The notes under the pieces: generated by a model
Databases searched by the model: none
Told to the model about the DNA's origin: nothing
What the model saw: only the letters and a program-made list of their open reading frames with translations
Source: an uncultured Acidobacteriota bacterium
GTDB taxonomy: Bacteria > Acidobacteriota > Vicinamibacteria > Vicinamibacterales > 2-12-FULL-66-21
NCBI GenBank assembly: GCA_963820645.1
Contig: CAWGAS010000031.1
Location: 156,984-220,983, forward strand
Length of the DNA stretch: 64,000 nucleotides
Direction: 5' to 3'
Made by a program: the position numbers and the translations under genes
Part shown: positions 9,879 to 19,177 of the stretch, piece after piece
Layout: the number at the start of each line of letters is the position of its first letter
Position numbering within the stretch: the first letter of the stretch is position 1

Positions 9879-11703
9879 ATGAAAAGAATCCTGGCGCTGA
9901 CGACGGCGGTTGCGCTGATCCTGACGCAACCGCTCTACACACAGCCCGACCTCGGCGTCCCCTCGCCTCAGGGGTCCGTCGTCTGCACCTCCGCGCCGGC
10001 CTGCGACGCTGGAGCCTCGGTGCTGGCGATCGGGGGGAACGCCGTCGACGCCGCGGTCGCCACGGCGTTCGCCCTGGCCGTGACGCACCCGAGCGCGGGC
10101 AACATCGGCGGCGGCGGGTTCATGATCGTCCGCACCCCGGGCGGCAGCGTGACGTCGTTCGACTACCGTGAGACGGCCCCGCTCAAGGCGACGCGGACGA
10201 TGTATCTCGGCGCGGACGGCAAGATCGACATCAGCCTGACGCGGGCGGGGTATCTCGCGCCGGGCGTGCCCGGTTCCGTCCGCGGGCTGGCGCGCGCGCA
10301 CGGGAAGTTCGGCAAGCTGCCGTGGAAGGACGTCGTGATGCCCGGCGTCCTGCTCGCCGAGCAGGGATTCCCGCTGTCGGCCGGTCTCGCGCGCAGCCTC
10401 AACCGCGAGCTCGCCGGCCGGATGGCCGACTTCCCTGTCTCGGTCGCCGCGTACGGGAAGCCGGGTGGCGGCGAGTGGCGCGAGGGAGACCGGATGGTGC
10501 TCGCCGATCTCGGCAAGACGCTCCGCGCGATCGCCACGGAGGGCCCCGACGTCTTCTACAAAGGCTGGATCGCGGACCGCATCGCCGACGACATGAAAGC
10601 GAACGGCGGCCTGATCACGCGACAGGATCTGGCGAAGTACCAGGCCAGGGAGCGCCCGCCGCTGCGCCGCCCCTATCGCGGCTACGAGATCGTCTCGATG
10701 CCGCCCGTCAGCTCCGGCGGCGTGGCGCTGATCGAGATGCTGAACATCCTCGAGCCGTACAGACCTCAAGTCGAAGGGGCTGCTGACCGCGCCGGCCCTG
10801 CACCTCCAGATCGAAGCGATGCGCCGCGCCTACCTCGACCGCGCGCGGTTTCTCGGCGATCCCGATTTCGTCAAGGTCCCGGTCGTGCGCCTGACGTCGA
10901 GGTCGCACGCCAGATCCGCCGCGTCCACGATCAATCCGGCGAGGGCGTCGAGCAGCGTCGATCTCGGCAAGGACATCGTCACCGCCGCGACCGCCCCGGA
11001 ACCGGACGAGACGACGCACTACTCGATCATGGACCGCGACGGCATGGCGGTCACGACGACGACGACGCTCGAGGGCGGCTTCGGCTCGCACGTCGTCGTG
11101 AAGGGCACGGGCTTTCTGTTGAACAACGAGATGGGGGACTTCAACCGGAAGCCGGGGGACACGAACCTGACCGGCGGCATCGGGACGCCGCCGAACCTGA
11201 TCGATCCCGGCAAGCGGATGCTCAGCTCGATGACGCCGACGATGGTGCTGAAGAACGGGAAGGTCGTGCTGCTGACCGGCTCGCCGGGCGGACGGACGAT
11301 CATCAACACCGTCCTGACCGTCGTGCTCGGCGTCACGGAGTACGGCCTCACCGGGCGCGAGGCGGTGGATCTGCCGCGGATGCACCACCAGTGGCTGCCC
11401 GATCGCGCGAGCCTGGAGCCGGCAGGCGTAGTGAGCAACGTCCCGAGAGGCGTCGTGAGCAACGTCCCGGCTGGCGTGACCAACGAGGTTCCGAAGGCCG
11501 TCGGCGACGACGTGCTGGACGCGCTCCGCGCGATGGGACACACCGTCGTGCGCGCCGCAGAACGACAGGGGGATGCGCATTCGATCTGGGTCGCTCCAGA
11601 CGGGACACCCTACGGGGTCAACGACCGCCGAACGGCGGATTCGAAGGCGGCAACCCCTGTCCCGAGCGCATTTGACAGTCCCGACCGGCGGGCGATAGGC
11701 TAA
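9879..11703 (+). pseudogene. ggt: Gamma-glutamyltransferase, read in two frames
   Basis: N-terminal half MKRILALTT...AVTHPSAGNIGGGGFMIV...MPPVSSGGVALIEMLNILE. C-terminal half from about 10800 in another frame (ETTHYSIMDRDGMAVTTTTTLEGGFGS...SSMTPTMV...GSPGGRTIINTV). It also contains a 3 x 24-nt in-frame tandem repeat at 11425-11496. Confidence 0.85.
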
Positions 11704-11709
11704 CGAGGC

Positions 11710-11787
11710 ATGTTTCGCGCGCAGCACCACCACCGGCACCATCATCACTCCTGCTCCGGCGGGCCGGTCGTGCTGCACGCGTACTGA
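11710..11787 (+). CDS. Putative his operon leader peptide MFRAQHHHRHHHHSCSGGPVVLHAY
   Basis: 25 codons, below the ORF-track size cutoff. 7 His in 8 consecutive codons, GAGG just upstream, followed by an intrinsic terminator and hisI. Confidence 0.6.
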   Translation: MFRAQHHHRHHHHSCSGGPVVLHAY

Positions 11788-11819
11788 AAGACGACGAGAC
11801 AAACAGCAGCCACCACGAG

Positions 11820-11851
11820 CCCCGCTGGACCCAGGTTCAGCGGGGTTTTTT
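11820..11851 (+). terminator. Intrinsic terminator (attenuator) upstream of hisI
   Basis: CCCCGCTG (11820-27), 10-nt loop, CAGCGGGG (11838-45), TTTTTT (11846-51). Confidence 0.7.
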
Positions 11852-11880
11852 CATTTGTGGGCTTCTCTCATCCGGACGCC

Positions 11881-12201
11881 ATGGATTACTCGAAATTGAA
11901 CGGACTCATCCCGGCGGTCATCCAGGACAGCGCGACGCGCGAGGTCCTCATGGTCGGCTTCATGAACCAGGACGCGCTCGACCGGACGATCGAGACGGGC
12001 TTCGCGACCTTCTTCAGCCGGACGCGCGGGGCGTTGTGGATGAAGGGGGAGACGTCCGGCAACAAGCTGAAGGTCGAGCGGGTCCTCGTCGATTGCGACG
12101 ACGACACGCTGCTGGTGCTCGTGACGAGGCTCGGCGACGGCAACGTCTGCCACACCGGCGAGCGGACGTGCTTCTACCGGGAGCTGGAGCCTAAGATCTA
12201 A
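11881..12201 (+). CDS. hisI: Phosphoribosyl-AMP cyclohydrolase (monofunctional, no HisE domain)
   Basis: LIPAVIQDSATREVLMVGFMNQDAL...WMKGETSGN...VDCDDDTLLVLV...CHTGERTCFY. The listed ORF starts at a GTG at 11857; the ATG at 11881 is preferred. Confidence 0.9.
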   Translation: MDYSKLNGLIPAVIQDSATREVLMVGFMNQDALDRTIETGFATFFSRTRGALWMKGETSGNKLKVERVLVDCDDDTLLVLVTRLGDGNVCHTGERTCFYRELEPKI

Positions 12202-12273
12202 ACAGGAGATCAGGAGATCAGGAGTTTTTGTTTTGTTTGTTTGGTTTTTCTCCGGATCTTCTGACCTCCTGTT
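12201..12273. repeat. Tandem-armed palindrome, class E (CAGGAGAT / ATCTCCTG)
   Basis: aacaggagatcaggagatcaggag, then a T-rich loop, then ctccggatcttctgacctcctgtt. It lies inside the his operon between hisI and hisG. Confidence 0.9.
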
Positions 12274-12294
12274 AAAGACGGGAACTGAGCGATT

Positions 12295-13191
12295 GTGATG
12301 GACCAGATACTCAAGCTCGGCATACCCAAAGGGTCGCTGCAGGATGCGACGATCCACCTGTTCGCCCGCGCCGGCTTCAACATCTACGCGAGCGCGCGAT
12401 CGTACTTTCCGGCCATCGACGACCCCGAGATCGACTGCATGCTGATCCGCGCGCAGGAAATGGCCCGGTACGTCTCCGACGGGGTGCTGGACGCCGGCCT
12501 GACCGGGCAGGACTGGATTGCCGAGCACGCCGCGGGCAACGGGGGCAACGCGGGGGTCACGGCGCTGGCCGATCTCATCTACGCGAAGCAGAGCTTCGGG
12601 AAGGTCCGCTGGGTGCTGGCGGTGCCGGAGGAGTCGGCGTACAAGACCGTCCGCGATCTCGAGGGCGCGACGATTGCGACCGAGCTCGTCCGCGCGACGC
12701 AGGCCTACTTCGCGCGGCACGGCGTGAAGGTCAACGTCGAGTTCTCGTGGGGCGCCACCGAGGTCAAGGCGCCGCGGCTCGCCGACGCGATCGTCGAGGT
12801 CACCGAGACGGGATCGTCGCTGCGGGCGAACCGGCTCAGGATCATCGACACGATCCTCGAGTCCAACACGCAGCTCATCGCCAATCCGGCGTCGCTGGCG
12901 GATCCGTGGAAGCGCAACAAGCTCGAGAACATCGCGCTGCTGCTGAAGGCCGCCATCGAGGCGCAGGGACGGGTCGGCATCATGCTGAACACGCGCCGCG
13001 AAGACCTCCCGGCCGTGCTGGCGCTGCTGCCGGCGCTGCAGCGCCCGACGATCTCGCCGCTCAGCGACGACGACTGGGTCGCCATCAACACGATCATCGA
13101 GGAGCGCACGGTCAGGGACCTCATCCCGAAGCTGAAGGCCGCGCGCGCCCAGGGGATCGTCGAATACCCGCTCAACAAGATCGTGATGTGA
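12295..13191 (+). CDS. hisG: ATP phosphoribosyltransferase, long form
   Basis: Intact 298 aa. [22 protein letters not shown]...[18 protein letters not shown] plus a C-terminal regulatory domain. Confidence 0.9.
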   Translation: MMDQILKLGIPKGSLQDATIHLFARAGFNIYASARSYFPAIDDPEIDCMLIRAQEMARYVSDGVLDAGLTGQDWIAEHAAGNGGNAGVTALADLIYAKQSFGKVRWVLAVPEESAYKTVRDLEGATIATELVRATQAYFARHGVKVNVEFSWGATEVKAPRLADAIVEVTETGSSLRANRLRIIDTILESNTQLIANPASLADPWKRNKLENIALLLKAAIEAQGRVGIMLNTRREDLPAVLALLPALQRPTISPLSDDDWVAINTIIEERTVRDLIPKLKAARAQGIVEYPLNKIVM

Positions 13192-13192
13192 G

Positions 13193-14513
13193 ATGCCGCG
13201 TCCATCCTCCGGTTCCGTCGTGCGGATCATCGCGTCCCGGCAGCGGGCGGCCATTGCCGCGCTGCTCGACCGCGGCGCGCGCCGCGACGCGGGGCTCGAG
13301 CGGCGAGTCGCGCAGCATCGTTTCGCGCGTGCGCCGGGACGGCGATCGGGCGCTGCTGGCCTACGCGCGGCGCTTCGACCGTTTGACGGGGCCGATGGAG
13401 GTGCCTGCCGACGAGATCCGCGCCGCCGCGCGCGAGGTCCCGCGCGACGTCCGGGAGGCGATCGCGACGGCGGCCCGTCACATCCGCCGCGTCGCGGCAC
13501 AACAGGTCCCCGGGACCTGGTCGATCGAACCGGTGCGCGGCGTGCGGATCGCGCAGCGCGTGCTGCCGCTGGACCGCGTCGGCTGTTACGTGCCGGCCGG
13601 GCGGTACCCGCTCCCCTCCTCGCTGCTCATGACCGCGATTCCCGCGCGGGTGGCCGGCGTGCCGGAGGTCGTCGCCGTCTGTCCGCGGCCGGACGCGACG
13701 ATCATGTGCGCCGCGCGCGAGGCCGGCGTGTCGCGGCTGTTCAGGCTCGGCGGGGCGCACGCCGTCGCGGCGCTCGCGTACGGCACCGCCACCGTGCCGC
13801 GCGTGGACAAGATCGTCGGCCCCGGCAACGCGTACGTCGCGGCGGCCAAGGCGCTGGTGTCGTTCGACTGCGCGATCGATTTCCATGCGGGCCCGAGCGA
13901 GATTGCGATCGTCTCGGCCACCGGCCGGCCCGCCTGGATCGCCGCGGACCTCCTCGCGCAGGCCGAGCACGATCCGGACGCACGCGCCATCCTGTTCACA
14001 CCGTCGCGGGCACTGGCGGACGCCGTCGCGCGCGAGCTGCACGCGCAGATGCCCGAGGCCGGGCCCGCGCGGCACGCCACGGCGAACAACGGCGCCATCG
14101 TGCTGACGCGGTCGATGGCCGAGGCGATCGGCCTCAGCCAGCGCATGGCGCCCGAGCACGCCGTCTGCGACACGGCGGCGATCGCGCGGCGCCTCACGCA
14201 CGCGGGGACGGTGTTCGTGGGTGACTACAGCGCGCAGGCATCCGGCGATTACGCGACCGGGTCGAACCACGTGCTCCCCACGAGCGGCGCCGCCAGGGCG
14301 CGCGGCGGCCTCAGCGCGGCGGATTTCGTCCGCGTGAGCACCGTGCAGCGGGTGACGCAGGCGGGACTCCGGCGGATCGCGCCGGCGGCGATCTCGCTCG
14401 CCCGGGCCGAGGGCCTCGCGGCGCACGCGGCGTCGATCGAAATCAGATTCCCAAAGTCGCGTGTCGCGTCCGGCGTCAGCCGGACCCGGTCATCGAGAAA
14501 GGCTCAGCGGTGA
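13193..14513 (+). pseudogene. hisD: Histidinol dehydrogenase, read in two frames
   Basis: The first ~40 codons are in the frame of 13193. The rest (IVSRVRRDGDRALLAYARRFD...GPGNAYVAAAK...AGPSEIAIV...AQAEHD...GDYATGSNHVLPT) is in another. The frame switch lies near 13310. Confidence 0.85.
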
Positions 14514-15547
14514 GTTACGAATACGAGCGGGTCCTGACGCCGGCGTCCGGCCTGCGGCTGCACCTGAACGAGAACACGGCCGGCTGCTCGCCCGCCGTGG
14601 TCGCGGCGCTGCAGGCCCTGACGCGGCAGGACCTCGCGGTCTACCCGGATTACGACGAGGCGATTGCGGCGTGCGCGTCGCGGCTGCGCGTGCCCGCCGA
14701 CTCGCTGCTGCTCACGAACGGCCTGGACGAGGGGATCTTCCTGGCCGCGCTCGCGACCCTCCGCGGCGGTTCCACCGTGGCGCCGTTCGAAGCCGTGGTC
14801 GTCGTTCCCGCATTCGACATGTATGCCGCGTGCACCGATGCCGTGGGCGGCCGGGTCGTCGAGGTGCCGCTCGGACGCGGGTTCGAGTTTCCGCTGGAGA
14901 ACGTTCTGGCGGCAATCAACCGGCGCACCCGCATCGTCTGGCTCACGAACCCGAACAACCCGACGGGCCAGATCGTGCCGCGCGACGCGATCCGCCGGAT
15001 TTCGGCGGCCGCCGGCGAGGCGATGGTGTTCGTGGACGAGGCCTACGTGGACTTCTGCGGGGAGACGCTGCTCGACGACAACGCGCTGGAGGGCATGGCG
15101 AACGTGGTGGTCGGCCGGACCTTCGCCAAGGCGTACGGCCTGGCCGGGCTGCGTGCGGGGGCGCTCGTCGCGAGGCCGGAGCGGCTGGCCGCCATGCGGC
15201 GAGCCATCCCGCCTTACAGCCTCAACGTGTGCGCGGCCGTCGCGCTGCCGGCCGCCCTGGGCGACACCGCGCACTTCGACTGGTACGTCGATCAGGTCGC
15301 GCAGTCCAAAGCGATGCTCTACGACTTCCTCGAGCGGCGCGGCGTGCCGTACTGGAAGAGCGCGGCCAACTTCGTGCTCGCGAGGTTCGACGGACAGCCC
15401 GGCCGCGTGGCCGCCGGGCTCGCGGCACGGGGCGTTCACGTGCGCGATCGCTCGACCGACCCGGGGTGCGCGGGCTGCCTGCGCATGACGGCGGGCGTGA
15501 CCGGGCACACGGCGGCGCTGCTCGCGGCGCTCGAGGAGATTCTGTGA
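14510..15547 (+). CDS. hisC: Histidinol-phosphate aminotransferase
   Basis: Intact 345 aa. [12 protein letters not shown]...NPNNPTG...[13 protein letters not shown]. The start overlaps the hisD stop. Confidence 0.9.
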   Translation: MSYEYERVLTPASGLRLHLNENTAGCSPAVVAALQALTRQDLAVYPDYDEAIAACASRLRVPADSLLLTNGLDEGIFLAALATLRGGSTVAPFEAVVVVPAFDMYAACTDAVGGRVVEVPLGRGFEFPLENVLAAINRRTRIVWLTNPNNPTGQIVPRDAIRRISAAAGEAMVFVDEAYVDFCGETLLDDNALEGMANVVVGRTFAKAYGLAGLRAGALVARPERLAAMRRAIPPYSLNVCAAVALPAALGDTAHFDWYVDQVAQSKAMLYDFLERRGVPYWKSAANFVLARFDGQPGRVAAGLAARGVHVRDRSTDPGCAGCLRMTAGVTGHTAALLAALEEIL

Positions 15548-16131
15548 GGCGAGCCACCATCGATCGGGTCACGACGGAAACGTCGATCGCGCTCCGGCTG
15601 ACGCTCGACGGCAAGGGGCGCTACGACGTGCGGACGGGGATCCGGTTCCTGGATCACATGCTGGAGCTCTTCGCCCGTCACGGCGCCTTCGACCTGACGC
15701 TCCACGCGAAGGGGGATCTCGACGTCGATCAGCATCACACCGTCGAGGACGCCGGCATCGCGCTCGGGGAGGCGGTGGCGGCGGGGCTCGGCAACCGGAA
15801 GGGCATCAACCGCGCCGGATACTTCGTGATGCCGATGGATGAGACGCTGGCGGTGGCGGCGATCGATCTGAGCGGCCGCGTGCACGCGGTCGTCGACCTG
15901 CGGCTCAAGGTCCGCCGCGTGGGCGATCTGCAGGCGGAGCTCGTCGAGGACTTCTTCGAGGGATTCGCCCAGGGCGCGAAGGCCAACGTCCACGTGAAGG
16001 TGCTGTACGGCCGCTCGAGCCATCACCAGATCGAGGCGGTGTTCAAGGCGTTCGCCCGCGCGCTGCGCGTCGCCTGCGCGCGCGACCCGCGCATGGCGCG
16101 GATGCTTCCGAGCACCAAGGGGCTTCTATGA
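15544..16131 (+). CDS. hisB: Imidazoleglycerol-phosphate dehydratase
   Basis: [16 protein letters not shown]...[16 protein letters not shown]...[14 protein letters not shown]...[23 protein letters not shown] start overlaps the hisC stop (GTGA). Confidence 0.9.
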   Translation: MRRATIDRVTTETSIALRLTLDGKGRYDVRTGIRFLDHMLELFARHGAFDLTLHAKGDLDVDQHHTVEDAGIALGEAVAAGLGNRKGINRAGYFVMPMDETLAVAAIDLSGRVHAVVDLRLKVRRVGDLQAELVEDFFEGFAQGAKANVHVKVLYGRSSHHQIEAVFKAFARALRVACARDPRMARMLPSTKGLL

Positions 16132-16907
16132 TCGCGCTCATCGATTACGGAGCGGGCAATCTCACCTCGGTCCGCAAGGGCTTCGCGGCCGCGGGCGCGG
16201 ACCTGTTCACGCCCGCCGACCCATCCGAGCTCGAGGCGTCGGACGGCATCGTGGTCCCCGGCGTCGGACACTTCGGCGCGACCGCCGCGCTCGACGGCGC
16301 GTGGACCGCGGCCATCCGGCGTGCCGCCGGGCTCGGCACGCCGCTGCTCGGCATCTGCCTGGGGATGCAGTGGCTGTTCGAGGGGAGCGAGGAGGCGCCC
16401 GGCGTCAGCGGGCTCGGCGCCGTCGCGGGCGTCTGTTCGCGGCTGCCGCGCGACGAGAGCGGCGCGCTCAAGGTCCCGCACGTCGGCTGGAATTCGCTGC
16501 ACGCGCCGCGGCGCTCGCGATTGCTCGACGGGATCGAGGAGGGCAGCCAGGTGTATTTCACCCACTCGTACGCGGCGCCCGTCACGGCGCAGTCGGTCGC
16601 GACGTGCACGCACGGCCGGACCTTCGCCGCGGCGGTAGAGGACGGCGACATCTTCGGCGTCCAGTTCCACCCCGAGAAGTCGAGCGCCGCGGGAATTCGG
16701 ATCCTCCGCAACTTCGTCGATGTTGTCCGGAGATCGAGATTGAACGTCGACGGAGATCGGGAGCCGGGAGGTAGGAATTTTGGAACAGAAACAAACAAGA
16801 AACACAAACGCAATCCAGTCAACTCTGTCGTGCTCCTGTTCGAGCTGGAATCATGCTGTCGAAGCGCCTCATCGCGTGTCTCGACGTGCGCAACGGCTGC
16901 GTCGTGA
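16128..16907 (+). CDS. hisH: Imidazole glycerol phosphate synthase glutaminase subunit, with an abnormal 3' end
   Basis: [15 protein letters not shown]...[11 protein letters not shown]...[20 protein letters not shown]. No in-frame stop follows NFVDV. The ORF reads about 55 codons through a degenerate repeat and into hisF, so a lost stop or an indel is likely. The other two frames stop near 16743 and 16773. Confidence 0.8.
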   Translation: MIALIDYGAGNLTSVRKGFAAAGADLFTPADPSELEASDGIVVPGVGHFGATAALDGAWTAAIRRAAGLGTPLLGICLGMQWLFEGSEEAPGVSGLGAVAGVCSRLPRDESGALKVPHVGWNSLHAPRRSRLLDGIEEGSQVYFTHSYAAPVTAQSVATCTHGRTFAAAVEDGDIFGVQFHPEKSSAAGIRILRNFVDVVRRSRLNVDGDREPGGRNFGTETNKKHKRNPVNSVVLLFELESCCRSASSRVSTCATAAS

Positions 16908-17608
16908 AGGGCGTCAACTTCGAGGCCCTGCGCGAGGCGGGCGATCCGGCGGCGCTCGCCCGGCGCTACAACGTGGAAGGCATCGACGAGGTCGTCGTGC
17001 TCGACGTGACCGCGACGATCGAAGGGCGGCGGGCGTTCGAGGCCACGATCCGCGCCGTCTCGAGCGAGCTGTTCATCCCGCTGACCGTCGGCGGCGGCAT
17101 CCGCACCGAGGCGGACGCCGCGGCGGCGCTCGACGCGGGGGCCGACAAGGTCGGCGTCAACAGCGCGGCGCTGGCCGATCCGGCGCTGCTCACACGTCTG
17201 GCCGCACGCTACGGCAGCCAGGCGGTCGTCGTCGCCATCGACGCGAAACGCAACGGCAGCCGGTTCGACGTCTTCGCGCGGAGCGGAAGCGCGCCGACGG
17301 GACGCGACGCCGTCGAGTGGGCGATCGAAGCCGAGTCGCGCGGCGCCGGCGAGGTCCTGCTCACCTCGATCGATCGCGACGGGACGCGCGCGGGCTTCGA
17401 TTGCGGCCTGACCGCCGCCGTGTCGGGGGCCGTCTCGATTCCCGTGATCGCGTCCGGCGGAGCGGGCACCTTCGATCATTTCACCGAGGTCTTCACCGAC
17501 GGACGCGCGGACGCCGCGCTGGCGGCCTCCGTCTTCCATTACTCCGAGCACGCGGTCGCCGACCTGAAACGGCACCTGCTCGCCAAGGGGATTCCCGTCC
17601 GATGCTGA
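16853..17608 (+). CDS. hisF: Imidazole glycerol phosphate synthase cyclase subunit
   Basis: Intact 251 aa. [19 protein letters not shown]...TVGGGIR...TSIDRDGT...ASGGAG. Confidence 0.9.
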   Translation: MLSKRLIACLDVRNGCVVKGVNFEALREAGDPAALARRYNVEGIDEVVVLDVTATIEGRRAFEATIRAVSSELFIPLTVGGGIRTEADAAAALDAGADKVGVNSAALADPALLTRLAARYGSQAVVVAIDAKRNGSRFDVFARSGSAPTGRDAVEWAIEAESRGAGEVLLTSIDRDGTRAGFDCGLTAAVSGAVSIPVIASGGAGTFDHFTEVFTDGRADAALAASVFHYSEHAVADLKRHLLAKGIPVRC

Positions 17609-18279
17609 TTCCTTCAATCGATCTCCAGGGGGGCAAGATCGTCCAGCTCGTCCAGGGCGAGCGGCTCGCCATCGAGACCGGCGACATCGACGCGTGGGTC
17701 ACGCGGTTCAGCGGCCGCCCGAAGGTGCAGCTGATCGATCTGGACGCCGCCAAAGGGGCGGGCGAGAACCCCGGGCTCGTCGCGCACATCTGCGGGGTGC
17801 TGCCCTGCCGGGTCGGCGGCGGCATCCGCAGCCTCGAGCGGGCCCAGGCGACCCTCGCGCTCGGCGCGGTGAAGGTGATCCTCGGGTCCGCGCTCTTCCG
17901 CGACGGGATCGTGGACGTGGACTTCGCCGAGCGCCTGAGCGACCGGATCGGTCCGGATCGCCTGATCGCCGCGGTTGACGGCCGCGGGGGAAAGGTCGTC
18001 GTCGACGGCTGGCGCACGACGCTCGACCTGACGCCGGCCGAGGCCATCGGGCAGCTCGAGGAGTTCTTCGGCGAGTTTCTCTACACCCACGTGGACCTCG
18101 AAGGGCTCATGCGAGGGACCGACATGGCCGCAATCAAGGCGCTCCGGAGCGTCACCGACCGGGCGCTTACCGCCGCCGGAGGGATCACGACGCGGGAGGA
18201 GATCGCGGAGCTCGACGCGATGGGGGTGGACGCGGTCGTCGGGATGGCGCTCTATACGGGGAAGCTGGAGCTGGACTGA
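17602..18279 (+). CDS. hisA: ProFAR isomerase
   Basis: [19 protein letters not shown]...[11 protein letters not shown]...[11 protein letters not shown]...[11 protein letters not shown]. The ATG overlaps the hisF stop. Confidence 0.85.
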   Translation: MLIPSIDLQGGKIVQLVQGERLAIETGDIDAWVTRFSGRPKVQLIDLDAAKGAGENPGLVAHICGVLPCRVGGGIRSLERAQATLALGAVKVILGSALFRDGIVDVDFAERLSDRIGPDRLIAAVDGRGGKVVVDGWRTTLDLTPAEAIGQLEEFFGEFLYTHVDLEGLMRGTDMAAIKALRSVTDRALTAAGGITTREEIAELDAMGVDAVVGMALYTGKLELD

Positions 18280-18287
18280 AAGGACTG

Positions 18288-18362
18288 AGGTCACGAGACC
18301 AGGAGATCAGGAGTTTTTTGGCTTCAAGAATGAATCTCCTGACCTCCTGATCTCCTGTTCAA
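18288..18362. repeat. Tandem-armed palindrome, class E
   Basis: gaccaggagatcaggag, then loop ttttttggcttcaagaatgaat, then ctcctgacctcctgatctcctgttc. It lies directly after hisA. Confidence 0.9.
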
Positions 18363-18458
18363 GAGCGAGCGTACGGGTAAGCAGAGGCGTTCGGAGTCGT
18401 AGTGGGGCGGGTTTTTGGGATAAACCCCTCGCCGCCCGTTCTCGTCTAAGGCACCACT

Positions 18459-19152
18459 ATGCGAATTACTCCCCTCGTCCTCATCGCCCTCACCCTGTCG
18501 GCCGGGACCGCGGCGGCCCAGCAAAAAGAAACCGAAAACGTGGATCGGACGATAGCGTTTTCGCGGGGTGGAACACTGCAGACTGAAGAACTTCTCCGGC
18601 GACGTACGGGTCACCGGGACGTCCGGCAACGACGTCGTCATCCACGCGGTCCGGACCGCCACCCGCGACCGGCTGGACAACATCAAGCTCGACATCCAGG
18701 TCAACGGCTCGACCATCAATGTCGAAGCCAACCGCAAGGTCCCCGGCTGGGACGAGCGGGACAACAACGTCGTCGACACGCGCTTCGAGATCCAGGTCCC
18801 GTCGGCGACCAACCTGGACCTGCAGGTCTTTTCCAGCGATCTCATCGTGCGCGACACGACCGGCGACATCGAGGCGCACACCTTCAGCGGAAACATCGAT
18901 CTCGACGTGTCGGGGGCGAGCGCCGCTCCCGAGTTGAAGGCGGAAACCTTCAGCGGCGACATCAAGGCGCGCGTGCCTCAGGGCAGCAACGGCCGGGTCG
19001 CGTTCAACACGTTCAGCGGGGATCTGCGCAGCGATCTGCCGCTCGTGCTGCACGGCAAATCCCGCCGCAACGTCGACGCGGATCTCGGCGGCGGAGGCGG
19101 CTCGAGGCTCGAGTTCAAGACCTTCAGCGGCGATGTGAGGCTGGTCAAGTAA
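18459..19152 (+). pseudogene. DUF4097-like putative adhesin / beta-helix repeat protein; the signal peptide is in a different frame
   Basis: Signal peptide MRITPLVLIALTLSAGTAAAQ in one frame. The body with recurring FSGD(V/I/L) repeats (NFSGDVRV, TFSGNIDL, TFSGDIKA, TFSGDLRS, TFSGDVRL) is in the next frame. The frame switch lies near 18570. Confidence 0.7.
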
Positions 19153-19177
19153 GCGGGGTTGCATTACGCTGGCGGCG

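Noticed and set aside
7767-11675. Giant 1302-aa ORF spanning the S9 peptidase and ggt region
   Set aside because: It is a GC-rich read-through frame. It is homologous to real proteins only in short stretches (the S9 signal peptide and the N-terminal half of GGT) and is Arg/Ala/Gly junk elsewhere. The true genes are 7767-9831 and 9879-11703, each with a frame switch.
16128-17608. Natural hisH-hisF gene fusion
   Set aside because: The hisH frame overlaps hisF out of frame: it ends at 16907, while hisF starts at 16853 in another frame. The linking residues are repeat-derived. A lost stop or an indel is more likely.
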